Notes: a model not told the origin generated them from the letters alone. A stretch of DNA of 64,000 nt from Squalus acanthias (GCA_030390025.1 CM059433.1:2418001-2482000), one strand, 5' to 3'; positions 24,338-37,577 are shown, counted from the stretch's first letter. Numbers and translations are program-made.

Positions 24338-26415
24338 TATGTTTCAGTTTGAATGTGTGACTTGCTAACATATGGGAGTACAGGAGATCCAATGAAAGAG
24401 CTGTAAGGTTACGTGAGGGCTTGGCATGGGCGAGCAACTAGATAGACAAATACTTTGTGGCATGAATCCTTAGGTTGTCTACCGGCTACATTATGCTGTC
24501 AATTAGCATTACCTTGTCTGATTCCATAAACTGCGGCGTATTTTCTTGCATCTTTCCCCAGGTTCTACAAGTTCTGTAGACAGTGTTGAACCTGGCTGCC
24601 ATCTCTTGTCCTTTGGGTAGGCTGCCCTGGACGATCAAACAGTGCAACTTTCCTCACACCCGCTTGATGCAGCAGCACATCCTCTTTCCCAACCATCCAG
24701 CAGGGGGGTTGCAGTGCAATGCCACAGGACCACGTGCTCACAACTCCGTGTTGTGCCCCTGCATTAGGGTTTTACAGCCCTTCATTCGCATGTATCACTT
24801 CCACTCTGTACAGCATTCGCAAAGGTTTACAATTTTTAAAACATACGGGTTGAGTCTTTAAAGGGGTTGGAACAATTTTTGCCCCTTTTAACTTTGAGCT
24901 GTAACTAACCTTCCCGCCAAGCTGTTCCCACGCAGGCTGCTCACCGGCTTTTACACGGAAGAAACCACGAATGCCCGAAAATTTGAACGGGCCGCGCAGC
25001 CAGTTAAAGGGACCGCGCACGGGAAAAAATTAGAGGGAGCATTGGCTGTAACCCCTTTAATTGCACTCCCAGCAGAAAGCCAAAGCTGTGTGGGAAACGT
25101 AATAAAGTTATTATAAGAAGCCGATCTCACAATATGAAGTGAGGCCAGACAGCCACCACCTCAGCTACCAGTGCATGGTATGCCTAATGCGATCCAATCT
25201 GTATGGTCTTGGTAACCTGATACCTGAGCCAGGCACATTCTCAGTACTCCAGGGGATGGCTGATGATTGATTAGCCAGTGGGCTCATTAATGGGGAAGAC
25301 CTGTCATTGGGGGCAGGGATTCTTCCCACTTGGCTCCAGATAACTCTGCAAGCCAATATGCCAATGGGTAGGGTAGTCCAAACTGAGAAAATAGTGGGTG
25401 CTTACTCCAGTAGTAGCACAATGCACCCTTGTGAAGGCTGGTACACCTTATATTTCTGGGCATACTGGCAGCCACTATTGGGCCAGACCAGCGGTGATCC
25501 TTAGGAGTGGGAACACCAGCTTCGGGAGTCCCTGGCCCTAGCTCAATTCCCGGCCCTGCCCCATCCCTGTCATTTGCCTTGTAATGGGCAGACAGAAGTT
25601 ACAGAAAGCTCCCAAAACACCGGAGAGCCTATGTAACCAGATCTGAAGGAATTCGTCGGGAGTTTCGCTGGCCTCCTGCCAAAGTTACAATGGGAGATCG
25701 GTAGAATCCCTGCGGAATTTTTGTCCCTGTGAGTTTGGAAGTAATCTGGCTGGCACAGCTGAAGGGCCGTTAGTTAATCTGCCACACTTGCAACAGCCAG
25801 GTATGTATAACAACACTATTAATTAATGTCATCCTTCCTTTCTCTCGTGCATGTTTGGTTTGAAGCCAAGAGTCACAATCCCAGAATCAAATTCCTAAAA
25901 CTGACTGCACAGAAGGTGTAACGAAATTCACACCACCAGAAGATAGTCATAAAATGAACATTTTGGACTCTTCAGAAAAAGATTTAGTTGCTTGGTGTTC
26001 ACAAGCAGATCACAGTAGGCAGGTATTCGATGCCTGTTGCAAAACACACCAACAGTACATGATATTTGTATTGATCTGTCAGAGGGTCACAGCAAGTGGA
26101 GGTGGATGATCACGGGGTGTGTGTAGAGAGAAAAACAATTGCTAGCAACATGAATAATTCCACCATCTGATCATTGTTCCTAAATGTCATTGGGCACAAA
26201 TGTTGCATGCTAGCAAGTGAGTCATTATACTAGATAACAATGATAGATACGTACACACATTCATTTTCCTATAGCTTATGAGGGCAAATGTGCCATCTGT
26301 GGGTACTTGTAGTCTTGAAAAGTTGAGATCGCAACAGACTGGGTGGTTTGAATTCAAGAAGTTGACTGCAGAGTAAATACTATTGTTCACAAGAAATAAG
26401 CTGCTGTAAATGTTA

Positions 26416-28387
26416 TTATAGAACACAATAGAGTCTCTTCGCCGGGAGCAAGTGGGAGCCAAGCGCAAACAGTGGTGCTTTCCCTGTGGCTTCAGCAGAT
26501 GTGGAGGCCCCTTGCTCACTTTCTTGCTGCTCCTGTCTCGACACCTTTGGCGGGCGTCCTCTGGGGTTGCGAACCTGTGCAGGCTCGGCATCAGTCTGCT
26601 GCTGCTGCGGCTGTGCAGGGGCTGAGACGCCCATCTCAGTTGGGTGAGGACTCTGACCGAGGGCTTTGCAGAGGCATGGTCGTGTGAGCGCTTGGAGAGG
26701 AGCCCCCACTTCCTTGTTGTCTGCCACCAACATCCCTCTCATGGGTCAGCCCCACTTCAGAGCTAGCAAGTGGCTTGACAGCATCTTGCTGCACTGCAGG
26801 GGGGCCATGAGGACCTGTTTCTGCACTGGATGTCCTACTCCAGAGGACTTCCATAAAGGTCTGGTTTCTCTGCTCAATAGCTGATCATCGCTCCTCAAGA
26901 GATGTCACTCCATTCTGAACAATGACCATGTTTTCAAGACCCTGGCGACTAAGCTCCTCCATGGCCATAGCGATCCTCTCCTCTAATGTAGCTATCCTCT
27001 CCTCTACGGTAGCCAGCCTTACCACAGAGGTAGCCATCCTTTCCGCGGTGATGCGTTCATGCGCCAATGCCTCCACAAAGGCTCTGCTCATGTTCGCGAT
27101 GGACTCCTCCATTCGCTCCACACTCGCAGCGACCCTAGAGACAAAACCTGCCAGAGACTCCTGCATCTGTTCCTGGAATTCCAGCATCACTCTCCTTCTG
27201 GATGGACCCGGAGGCACAGGGTCGACATGCAGCTGAGCTGAGCTGGCAGAGTCCTGCGCCCTCCGATGAGGACTCTCGACTGCTGTCCCTGTCTCCACCA
27301 TCTGCTGATGCTCACTTGTGAGCTGTGATACACCAGGTGACAACACTACTCTATCTCGCGAAGGTCCCATCGATGTGTGAGTGTCTGCGCTGGTGCTGGG
27401 TGCGCTGAATTCTGCTGATGCTGCGCCCTCAGAGGTTGCAGCTTCCTCTGAGGAGTCTGGGGGCTCAGGCTGTTCCTCCTGGACAGTGGGGACACGGGGG
27501 CTTTCGATGGTCCTGTGGGGGAGTAAAGGAAAGAGTTAGAGATGTGAGGTCAAGGTTACATGCACATTGAATAATGCAGAAGATCATAAGTCAATCTGTT
27601 AGAGCAGCAGAATCATTATCAGTGACTCATGCAATGTCAATGAGAGAGATGCCAAACTATTCTGTCACCAGCTTGCTGTGATGCGCCCGTCTCTCCGTCC
27701 CCCACTTGGGAATCCTTCTCGATCCCGGCGATTTCCAGGGCCGCCTCCTCCCAGGCGATGAGCTGGGCTACTGAGGGTGGCTCTCCTCCTGTCATGGCTC
27801 TTTCCCTTTTATTGTGGGCTCTCTTTTCCTGCAATGAGGGACACAAGTGGAGTTTGAGTGAGAATGAAGGAGTGAGTGTAGAGAATGCATAGCATAGATG
27901 CTTAGAAGGAGACAAAGGGCCCTCCCTGTGTGTTGTAAGTTGTTGTTGTTGCATCACAGTGATAGGGAGTGTGAGGGCTGCATGGTCAAATGGTTAAGTG
28001 AATGTGACCATAGAGACACAGGAAATGGGTAAGGGTGCAGGGATGTAAGTGTCAAGTGGCATGTGGAGGAAGAGGTTGGCAAAGCAGAGTGCTGGTGAGG
28101 AGAGGCGATGGGGATGAGATTGAGGGTGATGAGTAAGTCATACTCACTTTTCCTGTGCAGAGAAGGTCATGAAACCTCTTCCTGCATTGCAGCCAGGTTC
28201 TGTGGCTCATCGAGATGGAGTTGACCTCCTCGGCTACTTGCAGCCACACAGCTTTAGTCTGCTGGGGTGGCTTTTTTCTCCCTGAAGAAGGGAAGAGCAC
28301 CTCCTTATTCGATCTTACTTCCTGCACCAGAGCTTGGAGGGAGGGCTCATCGAAGCGTGGAGCACACTTTGGCCTACTGGTGGACAT
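26416..28387 (-). pseudogene. Harbinger Myb/SANT-like DNA-binding partner gene, 3 exons (28387-28148, 27828-27669, 27512-~26416)
   Basis: APRFDEPSLQALV...VWLQVAEEVN...RTWLQCRKRFHDL; GT-AG junctions; exon 2 EKRAHNKRERAMTGG; heptad repeats and PRGRPPK in exon 3, which has frameshifts and a stop. Confidence 0.85.
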
Positions 28388-28667
28388 AGTCGATCAATGA
28401 AGTGCTTACTACAATGGCCATAAAGTTTCCAGTCTCCAGAAGAAGCAAGGCTGCTTGCAGGCCTTAAATCCAGCAGCATTGATGATGTCATCGGAGGCGA
28501 CTTTCTGGATGAAAAGACTCATTGGGCCAGGGGTTCCCACACGCTGGAAATCAATTGCCCAATTAGGGGAAAACCGCACTTTTTCCCCGGTTCACTTCGG
28601 AGTCGGGGTCCTGACACGAATACCACCTGACACGCCCCAGCCCGCCCACACTGGCAAAATCCAGCCC
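28388..28667. mobile_element. Terminal region and TIR of the Harbinger element carrying the 26416-28387 gene
   Basis: Ends GGCAAAATCCAGCCC, the same terminus as 10240-10252 and 39958-39971; matching other end not found. Confidence 0.75.
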
Positions 28668-30977
28668 CCTTTGTGTCCTCCTCACAACTTGCTTTCCCAC
28701 CTAGCTTTGTATCATCAGCAAATTTGGCTACAGTGCACTCGGTCCCTTCATCCAAGTCATTAATATAGATTGTAAATAGTTGAGGCCCCAGCACTGATCC
28801 CTGTGACACCCCATTAGTTACAGTTTGCCAACCTGAAAATGACCCATTTATCCCGACTCTTTGTTTTCTGTCAGTTAGCCAATCCTCTATCCATGCCAAT
28901 ATATTACCCCCAACTCCGTGAGCTCTTATCTTGTGCAGTAACCTTTTATGTGGCACCTTATCAAAGGCCTTCTGGAAATCCAAATACACTACATCTACTG
29001 GTTCCCCTTTATTCACCCTGCTCGTTACATCCTCAAAGAACTCTAGTAAATTTGTCAAACACGATTTCCCTTTCATAAAACCATGTTGACTCTGCTTGAT
29101 TGTATTATGATTTTCTAAATGTCCTGCTATTACTTCCTTAATAATGGATTCCAGCATTTTCCCAATGACAGATGTTAGGCTTACTGGCCTATAGTTTCCT
29201 GCTTTCTGCCTCCCTCCTTTCTTGAATAGGGGTGTTACAGTTACGGTTTTCCAGTCCGCTGGGACCTCTCCAGAATCTAGGCAATTTTGGTAGATTGCAA
29301 CCAACGCATCCATTATCTCTGCAGCCACTTCTTTTAAGACCCTAGGATGCAGGCCATCAGGTCCAGGGGACTTGTCAGCCTTTAGTCCTATTAGTTTGTC
29401 CAGTACTTTTTCCTCTAGTGACAGTCATTTTTTTAAGTTCCTCTTTCCCTATAGCCCCTTGATTATCAATTATCATTGGGATGTTTTTAATCTCTTCTAC
29501 CATGAAGACCGATACAAAATATTTGTTCAAAGTCTCTGTCATTTCCCTGTTTCCCATTATTAATTCCCCAGTCTCATCCTCTAAAGGACCAACATTTACT
29601 TTAGCTACTCTCTTTCTTTTTATATTCCTGTAGAAGCTCTTACTGTCTGTTTTTATATTTTTTGCTAGTTTACTTTCATACTCTATCTTCCCCCTCTATT
29701 ATTATTTTCTTAGTCATCCTTTGCTGGTTTCTAAAAATTCCCCAATCTTCTGGCCTACCACTAATTTTCGCAACATTGTATGCCTTTTCTTTCAATTTGA
29801 TACCATCCTTAACTTCCTTAGTTAGCCACGGATGGTTCATCCTTCTCGTAGAGTCTTTCTTTCTCACTGGAATATATCTTTGTTGAGAATTATGAAATAT
29901 CTCCTTAAAAGTCTGCCACTGCTTATCTACCGTCTTACCCTTTAATCTATTTCCCCAGTCCACTTTAGCCAATTCTGTCTTCATACCTTTGTAATTGCCT
30001 TTATTTAAGTTTAGGACACTAGTTTCAGACACAAGTTTCTCACCCTCAAACTGAATTTGAAATTCTACCATGCTATGATCACTCTTCCCTAGAGGATCCT
30101 TTACTATGAGATCATTAATTAATCCTGTCTCATTTCACATTACCGGATCTAAAATAGCCTGCTCCCTGGTTGGTTCTACAATGTATTGTGCTAAGAAACC
30201 ATCCTGAATACACTCTATGACCTCGTCCTCAAGGCTACCTTTGCCAATTTGATTTGTCCAATCTATATGATGATTAAAATTGCCCACGATTATTGTAGTA
30301 CCTTTCTTACAAGCCCCCATTATTTCTTGATTTATACTCTGTCCTACAGTATAGCTACTGTTAGGGGGCCTATAGCCTACTCCCACCAATGACTTCTTAC
30401 CCTTACTATTTCTTATCTCCACCCAAACTGATTCTATATCTTGATCTTCTGAGCCAATATCATTTCTCACCACTGCAGTGATCTCATCCTTTATTAACAG
30501 AGCTACCCCACCTCCCTTTCCTTTCTGCCTATCCTTCCAAAATGTCAAATATCCCTGAATATTCAGTTCCCAGCCTTGGTTACCTTGCAACCACGTCTCT
30601 ATAATGGCTATCAGATCATACCCATTTATTTCTATTTGTGCCGTCAACTCATCTATCTTATTACGAATGCTGTGTGCATTCAGATAAAGAGCCTTTAATT
30701 TTGTCTTTTTACCATTTTTCCCTTCTCTGACTCTATTTCCTGGTGCACGCTTATATTTGTATGTTCTGTCTCTTCCTGTCACACTCTGGTTATCATAACC
30801 CCTGCACTATTGCCTTCTCCTTTCTCTTTGATTTTCTAAATTCCCCTTCACCTGAGCCCTCCCCCCGCCCCCCACTATTTAGTTTAAAGCCCTATCTACA
30901 GCCCTAGTTATCCAATTCACCAGGACACTGGTCCCAGCATGGTTCAAGTGAAGCCCATCCCAATGGAACAGCTCCTC
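28668..30977 (-). mobile_element. CR1 LINE internal fragment (ORF1 end, endonuclease, RT to FADD)
   Basis: DGLHLN...RALN* (ORF1 end), LYLNAHSIRNK, NYRPVSLTS, YLDFQKAFDKVPH, QGSVLGP, KFADDTKL; stops and indels present. Confidence 0.92.
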
Positions 30978-31461
30978 TGGGTGTATTTCCACACATACAT
31001 TCCAGAAAAAAACAAAGAAGTCAACCTTCATTCGAAAATAATGGATTTTCATAGATTTTACTTTAAATTTTATGGGGAATAAACAAATTGATTTTGGTTA
31101 GGAGGCTGCCCATTCCTGATTAGATAAGGCAACAATTTCCCTCCCCTGCTACCATGGGCCTGGAGATCTGATTGGGATCAGATATACCAGCAGAATCACC
31201 CAATAAGGGAGGCGCAGATCAAATGCTGGAGGATGGAGAGAATGGCAGTGAACCTGGCTGTTGCTTTATGGCATCAGCTAAGCTCTTGATGCATCCACCT
31301 TTCGACCAATATAAGAATCCTCCCCGATCCATGCACAAATTATGGTCTAGAAATTGGATATGGCCATGAAACGGGCAGTGTTAAGGGCTGCGCCACCTCA
31401 AAATGGGCTCGGTAGCACCCAAAATTCGTGCTCAGCCCTCATTAACATGATTATAGTCCTG

Positions 31462-32282
31462 GGGGGCGAAATTCCCCTTGTTTGCGCCTCTGGTGGGAGG
31501 CGCTAATGGCACACAAATGGCTTTGTGCCCCCCCCCCCAGCCAATAACCGCGCCTCCCATGAAATTCGGCGGGAGGTTAGCGGCGGCGCTACTGGTTTTT
31601 TGCCCCGATCCGGAGATGACGTCATGATCTCCGGGCGCCTCTCCCCGTTAGCGCTCTCGATGCAAAATTTCCCTTTCTCGCCCGCCTGTGGCGCCTCTGT
31701 TTTTTAGCGACAGGTTCGGAAGGCGTTTTCCAGTCGGGAGGCCTGTGGGGGAGCGCTGTTTAAAGGCGTCCACTTCCGGTTGTTGTTTGTGTTGGCCGGG
31801 ACACCGAACTCTTTGCTGCTCAGAAGCAAAGAGCACTTTTGATTGTTGGAAGCGTTTTTGAGATTTCAGAGTTTGCTGCTGAATAAGGAATCTTCATTTG
31901 CATTCGGGTGTGATTTGTTGGTTATTCGGCAGTTCTTCTCAGAGCAATGAAAGGGTCCGCAGTCTGGGTCTGTTCTCCTCGAAGCTGCAAAGCTGCAAAT
32001 GAGCATCTGGTGAATGATCGGACCTCCCCTTTCAGAGCTGGAAAGAAGCAGCGCGAGCGATCAAATCTGTTTGGAACTCACCTGAAATCCGGCAGCTCTC
32101 TGGTGTTAGCGCCCCTGTAGCGCCCCACTGAGGACATTAGCGCTTGATTTCGCGCCCCGCTCCCTTCCTGGGGCGATGTCAGGGAATTTAGGTGAGTCTC
32201 AGAATCATTAGCGCCGGGCGCGAACTTTTCAAACTCTTTCCAGTTAGCGCCCCAAATGCCCCCCGAGGGGAATTTCGCCCCC
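31462..32282. mobile_element. Harbinger-type MITE (TAGCGC-rich family)
   Basis: Perfect 16-bp TIR GGGGGCGAAATTCCCC / GGGGAATTTCGCCCCC; flanks CTG/TTG. Confidence 0.88.
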
Positions 32283-33810
32283 TTGATTTCAGCGCTAAAA
32301 CTGCTGCTCATTGGCTTAATGTGCAACAGGTGGGCCAATATTGGGTCCAGTCTAATTCCCAGTCATGTGTGGCACAGGCTTTATTCAGTACTTATAGGGG
32401 CGGTGCATTGATGCTGCAGCACCTCATTGTCAAGGCACTCAGAATTGTAGCTGCAAGAAGAAGGTAGTGCAAAGCCATGCCGGAGCGTACTCAAAGGCAG
32501 AGAGCCTGCAGATTTTCCGATGCCGCTCTGGAGGCACTGGTCTTGGCTGTGGAGAAGAGGTGGCCTTTCCTCTTCCCACACATTGGCAGGAATCCCTCGC
32601 CACACAGCTGATGGAAGATTCCCGAAGAGACCTTGTCGACCCAGACGTCGACCCAGACATGGTGCGTGTGATGGGTGATGGGTGATGTCACGGTTGCCAT
32701 TGCAGCACAGGCGGAAATGACCCACCTTCCTAGTGCTGCAGCGGAAGGCTCAGCTTAATGCCAGCCAAGCTCAGACTGCGGTCAGCATGGCTGGGTTTAC
32801 CACTGTCGACCAGAGCTTGCAGGGTGTCGCAGCAGTCTAGAAAATCTGTGCTCCAACAGATTGCTACGAATGCTGAGGTGCCGCCCCGGGAGAGTGGAAG
32901 TGGGTCAGTGGAGCAGGACCCTGCTGTCCTCTCTCAAGGTGACTGCATTCCTGATCCCACCACTGCCACTCCACCATTGTTCTTGCCGCTGCCTGTCAGA
33001 CAGCCAGCCCAGACTCCTGCCGCTCATGTCGAGGTGGTGCAGGCTGCACCCAGGCCTTCTACAGCCAGAGCTGCTCATAGTCATCCTGCAAGGCCATCTG
33101 AAGTCTCCCCCATGGAAACTCAGCAGTCGTCCACCAGCCATTTTGCAGCCAATGGGGGAGCACTTCGTAGGAGCACCAGGACAGGAAAAGACACCCGAAC
33201 GACAGGCACTAAGGGATTGCACAAGGGTGATTAGTTCATATCGTTACTGTAAATATGTGAATTGATTTTTGATGAATGTATTAATTTTGATTGGAATCTT
33301 CTGTGGTGTCTCTCATTTCAGCTTTGTGCCCATGAGGACATTGTGGTATTCCATGACAGAGGGATGGTGTGATGGGGATGTGGTGAGCAATGGGGTTCTG
33401 GGTTTCATTCATTGGAATTGGAGTCTGATGAGATGTTGACAGAAAGCCCATCCGGAAAGGGGATTGACTGCCTGCCTCCTCCCTCCCTCCTCTTCCTCTT
33501 CCTCTTCCTCTTGCTCCTCTTCCTCCTCCTCCCCCTTGTCCTCCTCCAGAGGTGGCCCCTGCAATCCCTGTTGGCAAGGGCTGTGCCCTCATGATGGCCA
33601 AGTTGTGAAGCTTTCAGCAAACCACCATGAAATGGGATAGCCCTTGTCTCCGAGCAGCCACCCTCGAGTTTGCTGTGGTGGCTGGAAGATTACTGGTACA
33701 CTGGACTGACACAAGTTGAAGGCATCATGGCTGCTGCCAAAACATCTGGCATTGACCATCAGGAAGCGCTGGGCGTGGTTGCACACCAACTGCACATTAA
33801 GTGAGAGTTA

Positions 33811-34712
33811 GGGGGCAATTTTGCCAGCCCTGGGGAGGCGGGTATGGAGGCGGGACTGCCGGGAAAATGGCAGAATCTGGGAGCGGGTACCCATCGTGCC
33901 CCAACCCGCCTCCGTGCCATCTTCCCAGGAGGCGGGTACCCTAATACACTGCTCCTGGCTTAACTGGATATAAGTGCTCTCTGAAGACCCTAGGTGGGTA
34001 AGACCTCCTGTTGAGAGCCCTTCCCCTCCTCCCTCTGCGCACATCTTCTCCCCTTCTTCGCTGCCTCCGCTCCCTCTCCTGAAGATACTCGAGAGCGAGA
34101 GGGACTGCCAGTAGAGCCCCCATGACAGTGAGCAAGTGTTGTGACCGGTAGTTAACAGGCCGTTAAGAGGATTATCCCCATTTTTCCAACACAAGTGCGG
34201 GCTTCCCGACGTCGGGAAACCCCACCTGGGTCAGCGAGGCGAGCAGTGGGTCTGCAGGGGTGAGAGGGATCGAAAAGTGTGCTGTGGAGGTGAGTGATGG
34301 GTGCAAGTGTGGAGAGGTAAGTATGTGAGGTGAGTGAAAAGTGTTAGAAAAAGTTTCCTTACTTTTGTTTCTTCCTGTAGACTTCAACTGTTGGGGATCC
34401 GGAGGCTCCAGCATCTCCACGGCAGAGATGATAGAATGGCTGCTGCATTCTCTGATGCAACAGCCATCTGATTTCTGCTCAGGAAAGAGGTTTGGTGAGT
34501 CTTGAGCACAAGGACTCACCAAACAACAGAGATTGTCAGTGTTTGACAGCTACACAAAGCTGTCAAACGATGACAACTCATCTGCCAAAAATTTTTAACA
34601 GATGAAACGTCATACGCTGACGTTCACTGTCACTGGCTTTCCCTTAACTGGCCAGCTAAGCCCGCTGGGCGGGCTTAACAAGGTCAAGCAAGGGAAAATA
34701 GCGTGGGTTGGC
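33811..34712. mobile_element. MITE family A, inverted relative to the other copies, truncated and chimeric
   Basis: Reverse complement of 58670-59442, except that 33940-34144 is transposase sequence; one TIR is lost. Confidence 0.85.
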
Positions 34713-35657
34713 TGGAGAAGACAACATAGTCCCTTCTCCTGCTGTAGAGAGCCTCTGTGACCTCCTGGATGCAGCGATGGACAGCGAACTGTGAGATGAT
34801 AGCTATGTCTCCTGCTGCAGACTGGAAGGATCCGCTGGTGAAGAAATCGAGGGCCACGGTGACCTTGACTGCCACTGGGAGAGTCGTGGTCGCCCTGCTC
34901 TCAGGCTGCAGGTCTGGTTGCAGGAGGTGGCAGAGTTCTCTGACCACCTCCTTGGTGAAGCAGAGCCTCCTAATACATTGCTCCTGGCTTAACTGGATAT
35001 AAGTGCTCTCTGAAGACCCTAGGTGGGTAAGACCTCCTGTTGAGAGCCCTCCTCCTCCTCCCTCTCTGCACAGCTTCTCCCCTTCTTTGCTGCCTCCACT
35101 CCCTCTCCCGAAGATACTCGAGCGAGAGGGACTGCCAGCAGAGCCCCCATGACAGTGAGCAAGTGTTGTGAGCAGAAGCCTTTAAATAAGAATGAAGGCG
35201 TTCTCCACTTGCCCCAACACTCCCTGTTACCTGAGAACCTTGCAATAAGTTTATAAAGTTGCAGAAAGTTGCACAGAGCCAGTCAAACTGAACAAACCTG
35301 TCAGCTGCAAGTTGTTGCTAATGAGCCCTTTAATGACCGCTGCTGGAAGCTCCTACCTGCTTCTCAACGCTTGCTCAGCTCGTCGCACTTAAGGCGTGCC
35401 GGTAAGTGGAGCGGGGAACTCCAAACTTGCAGAGCGGGCGTCAGCTGAGCGTTGCACACTCACGGACGTCACAATCTGCATCATTTCTATGATTTTAGCG
35501 ATTGCTGATATCGGCAGCGCTGCCGGCCATCTGAAAATGGTGCCTCCGCGCGACCCGTCAGCAGCTGGCGGAAGAGCAGCAGCTGCCATTTTTCCCTCGA
35601 GTCTGGCGGTAACAGCTAGCGCTAAACCCCCGAATTTCTAGCCATTGTTCCTTCTCA

Positions 35658-36138
35658 ACAACAATAACAACAACTTGTATTTATATAGTGCCTTTAACGT
35701 AGTAAAACGTCCCAAGGCGCGTCACAGGAGTATTTTAAGACAACAAATTTGACACCGAGCCACATAAGGATAAATTAGGGCAGGTGACCAAAAGCTTGGT
35801 CAAAGAGGTAGGTTTTAAGGAGCGTCTTAAAGGAGGAGAGAGAGGTAGCGAGGCGGAGAGGTTTAGGCAGGGAATTCCAGAGCTTAGGGCCCAGGCAACA
35901 GAAGGCACGGCCACCAAAGGTTGAGTGATTATAATCAGGGATGCTCCAGAGGGCAGAATTAGAGGAGCGCAGATATCTCGGAGGGTTGTGGGGCTGAAGG
36001 AGATTACAGAGATAGGAAGGGGCGAGGCCATGGAGGGATTTGAAAACAAGGATGAGAATTTTGAAATCGAGGCGCTGCTTAACCAGGAGCCAATGTAGGT
36101 CAGCGAGCACAGGGGAGATGGGCGAACGGGACTTGGTG
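35658..36138 (-). mobile_element. L2 LINE 3' end
   Basis: Near-identical to 13343-14100 minus the CR1 insert. Confidence 0.9.
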
Positions 36139-36685
36139 CCTCACTCCCTTATACTGCCACCAACCAAAAATATGAAGCTATTAGAATGTTTCCTAATGCT
36201 TTCAGCTTTATTTCTTGTTGCTTGTCATTTAAAAATAATTCTGAAATTAATTCATTTCTCCCAGAAAGATTAATTCAGGAGAAAAATTGCCATGAATTCT
36301 CCTATTTATTAAAGATTCTCTTTCTGCTCTGATGCATTTTGTTCATTATATTGTGCATTGCTGCAGGCCAATGTATCGCCTTGACTTGCTCTTGCCACAG
36401 GGTTATTAATATTAACATATGTTTTAAAATGACAATTTGCAATATTTTCAGCCCTATAAACTCCTGCACTCCCTATACTAGATTGGTACATGAAATACCC
36501 AGCAGTCAAATATCAACCAAGAGACAAGACCTGGAGTTGCATGTAGCCACATTGTTAAGTTAACAATGATGCTGTTAGTGTAATATCTGAAACGTTAGTA
36601 CGACCATGAAATATGAATTGATCTAATACTGGCCTTCCAGCAACAGAAAACCCAAATGGTTTAAAAACTCCACAAAAGTTTTTGT

Positions 36686-36995
36686 GGGCAACACGGTGGC
36701 ACAGTGGTTAGCACTGTTGCCTCACAGCGCCAGGGACCCGGGTCGAATCCGGCCCCGGATGACTGTCTGTGTGGAGTTTGCACATTCTCCCCGTGTCTGC
36801 GTGGGGGTGTTCCGGTTTCCTCCCACAGTCCAAAGATGTGCGGGTTAGGTTGATTTGGCTATGATAAATTGACCCTTAGTGTTAGGGGGGATTAAATAAG
36901 TGGGGTTATGGGGATAGGGTGGGATATGTGTCGGTGCAGGCTCGATGGGCCGAAATGGCCTCTATCTGCACTGTGGGGATTCTGTGATTCTGTGA
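36686..36995 (+). mobile_element. HE1-like tRNA-derived V-SINE
   Basis: A-box TGGCACAGTGG, B-box GGTCGAATCC, V-domain CTGTGTGGAGTTTGCACATTCTCCCCGTGTCTGCGTGGG, CR1-like tail with (GATTCTGT)n. Confidence 0.85.
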
Positions 36996-37198
36996 AAAGG
37001 CAACTAGGCTAGTAGAAGCCTCACATTAACCTTTTCATGGTCCGTCATAAAACCAATATAACTGCAATAATGTTTATCCTCCTCCCGCAAAGACAATGAC
37101 CACATCACTGGCTCCTTGGTTAATGAACCTGCATGAAGTATGTTTACATTTGATGAGTGCCTGGCTGAGATCAGCAGTGGTCAGAGTCCTCTCACTAT

Positions 37199-37577
37199 CA
37201 TCGAATCAATGAATCATAGAAATTTACAGCACGGAAGGAGGCCATTCGGCCCATCGTGTCCGCGCCGGTTGACAAACAGCTATCCAGCCTAATCCCACTT
37301 CCCAGCTCTTGGTCCGTAGCCCTGTAGGTTACAGCACTTCAAGTGCACATCCAAATACTTTTTAAATGTGATGAGGGTCTCTGCCTCTACCACCCTTTCA
37401 GGCAGTGAGTTCCAGACCCCCACCACCCTCTGGGTGAAGAAATTTCCCCTCAATTCCCCTCTAAACCTTCGACCAATTACTTTAAATCTATGCCCCTGGT
37501 TATTGACCTCTCTGCCAAGGGAAATAGGTCCTTCCTATCCACTCTATCTAGGCCCCTCATCATTTTATACACCTCAA
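37199..37577 (-). mobile_element. CR1 3' fragment
   Basis: AGGCCATTCGGCCC 3' motif; antisense FFTQRVVGVWNSLPE. Confidence 0.85.

Larger units (their letters stand above)
31344..35644. mobile_element. PIF/Harbinger transposon, internally deleted, with two nested MITEs
   Basis: Ends GGTCTAGAAATT / AATTTCTAGCCA; Myb N-terminal remnant RFSDAALEALVLAVEKRWPFLFP (~32500-32580), partner 3' exon 32610-33234, transposase pieces (-) 33410-35152 collinear with 4170-5332. Confidence 0.8.

Noticed and set aside
24860..25730. Possible hAT-type end (TTAGAGGGAGCATTG) and an unpaired Harbinger-like end near 25727
   Set aside because: I could not find matching opposite termini or TSDs.
28519..29328. 269-aa ORF as a novel RT fusion protein
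   Set aside because: It is CR1 RT reading by chance through the junction into the Harbinger terminal sequence.
36686..36760. Functional tRNA gene (also considered at 6957 and 41153)
   Set aside because: Each tRNA-like segment is the head of a SINE or LINE and lacks a complete acceptor stem and terminator.
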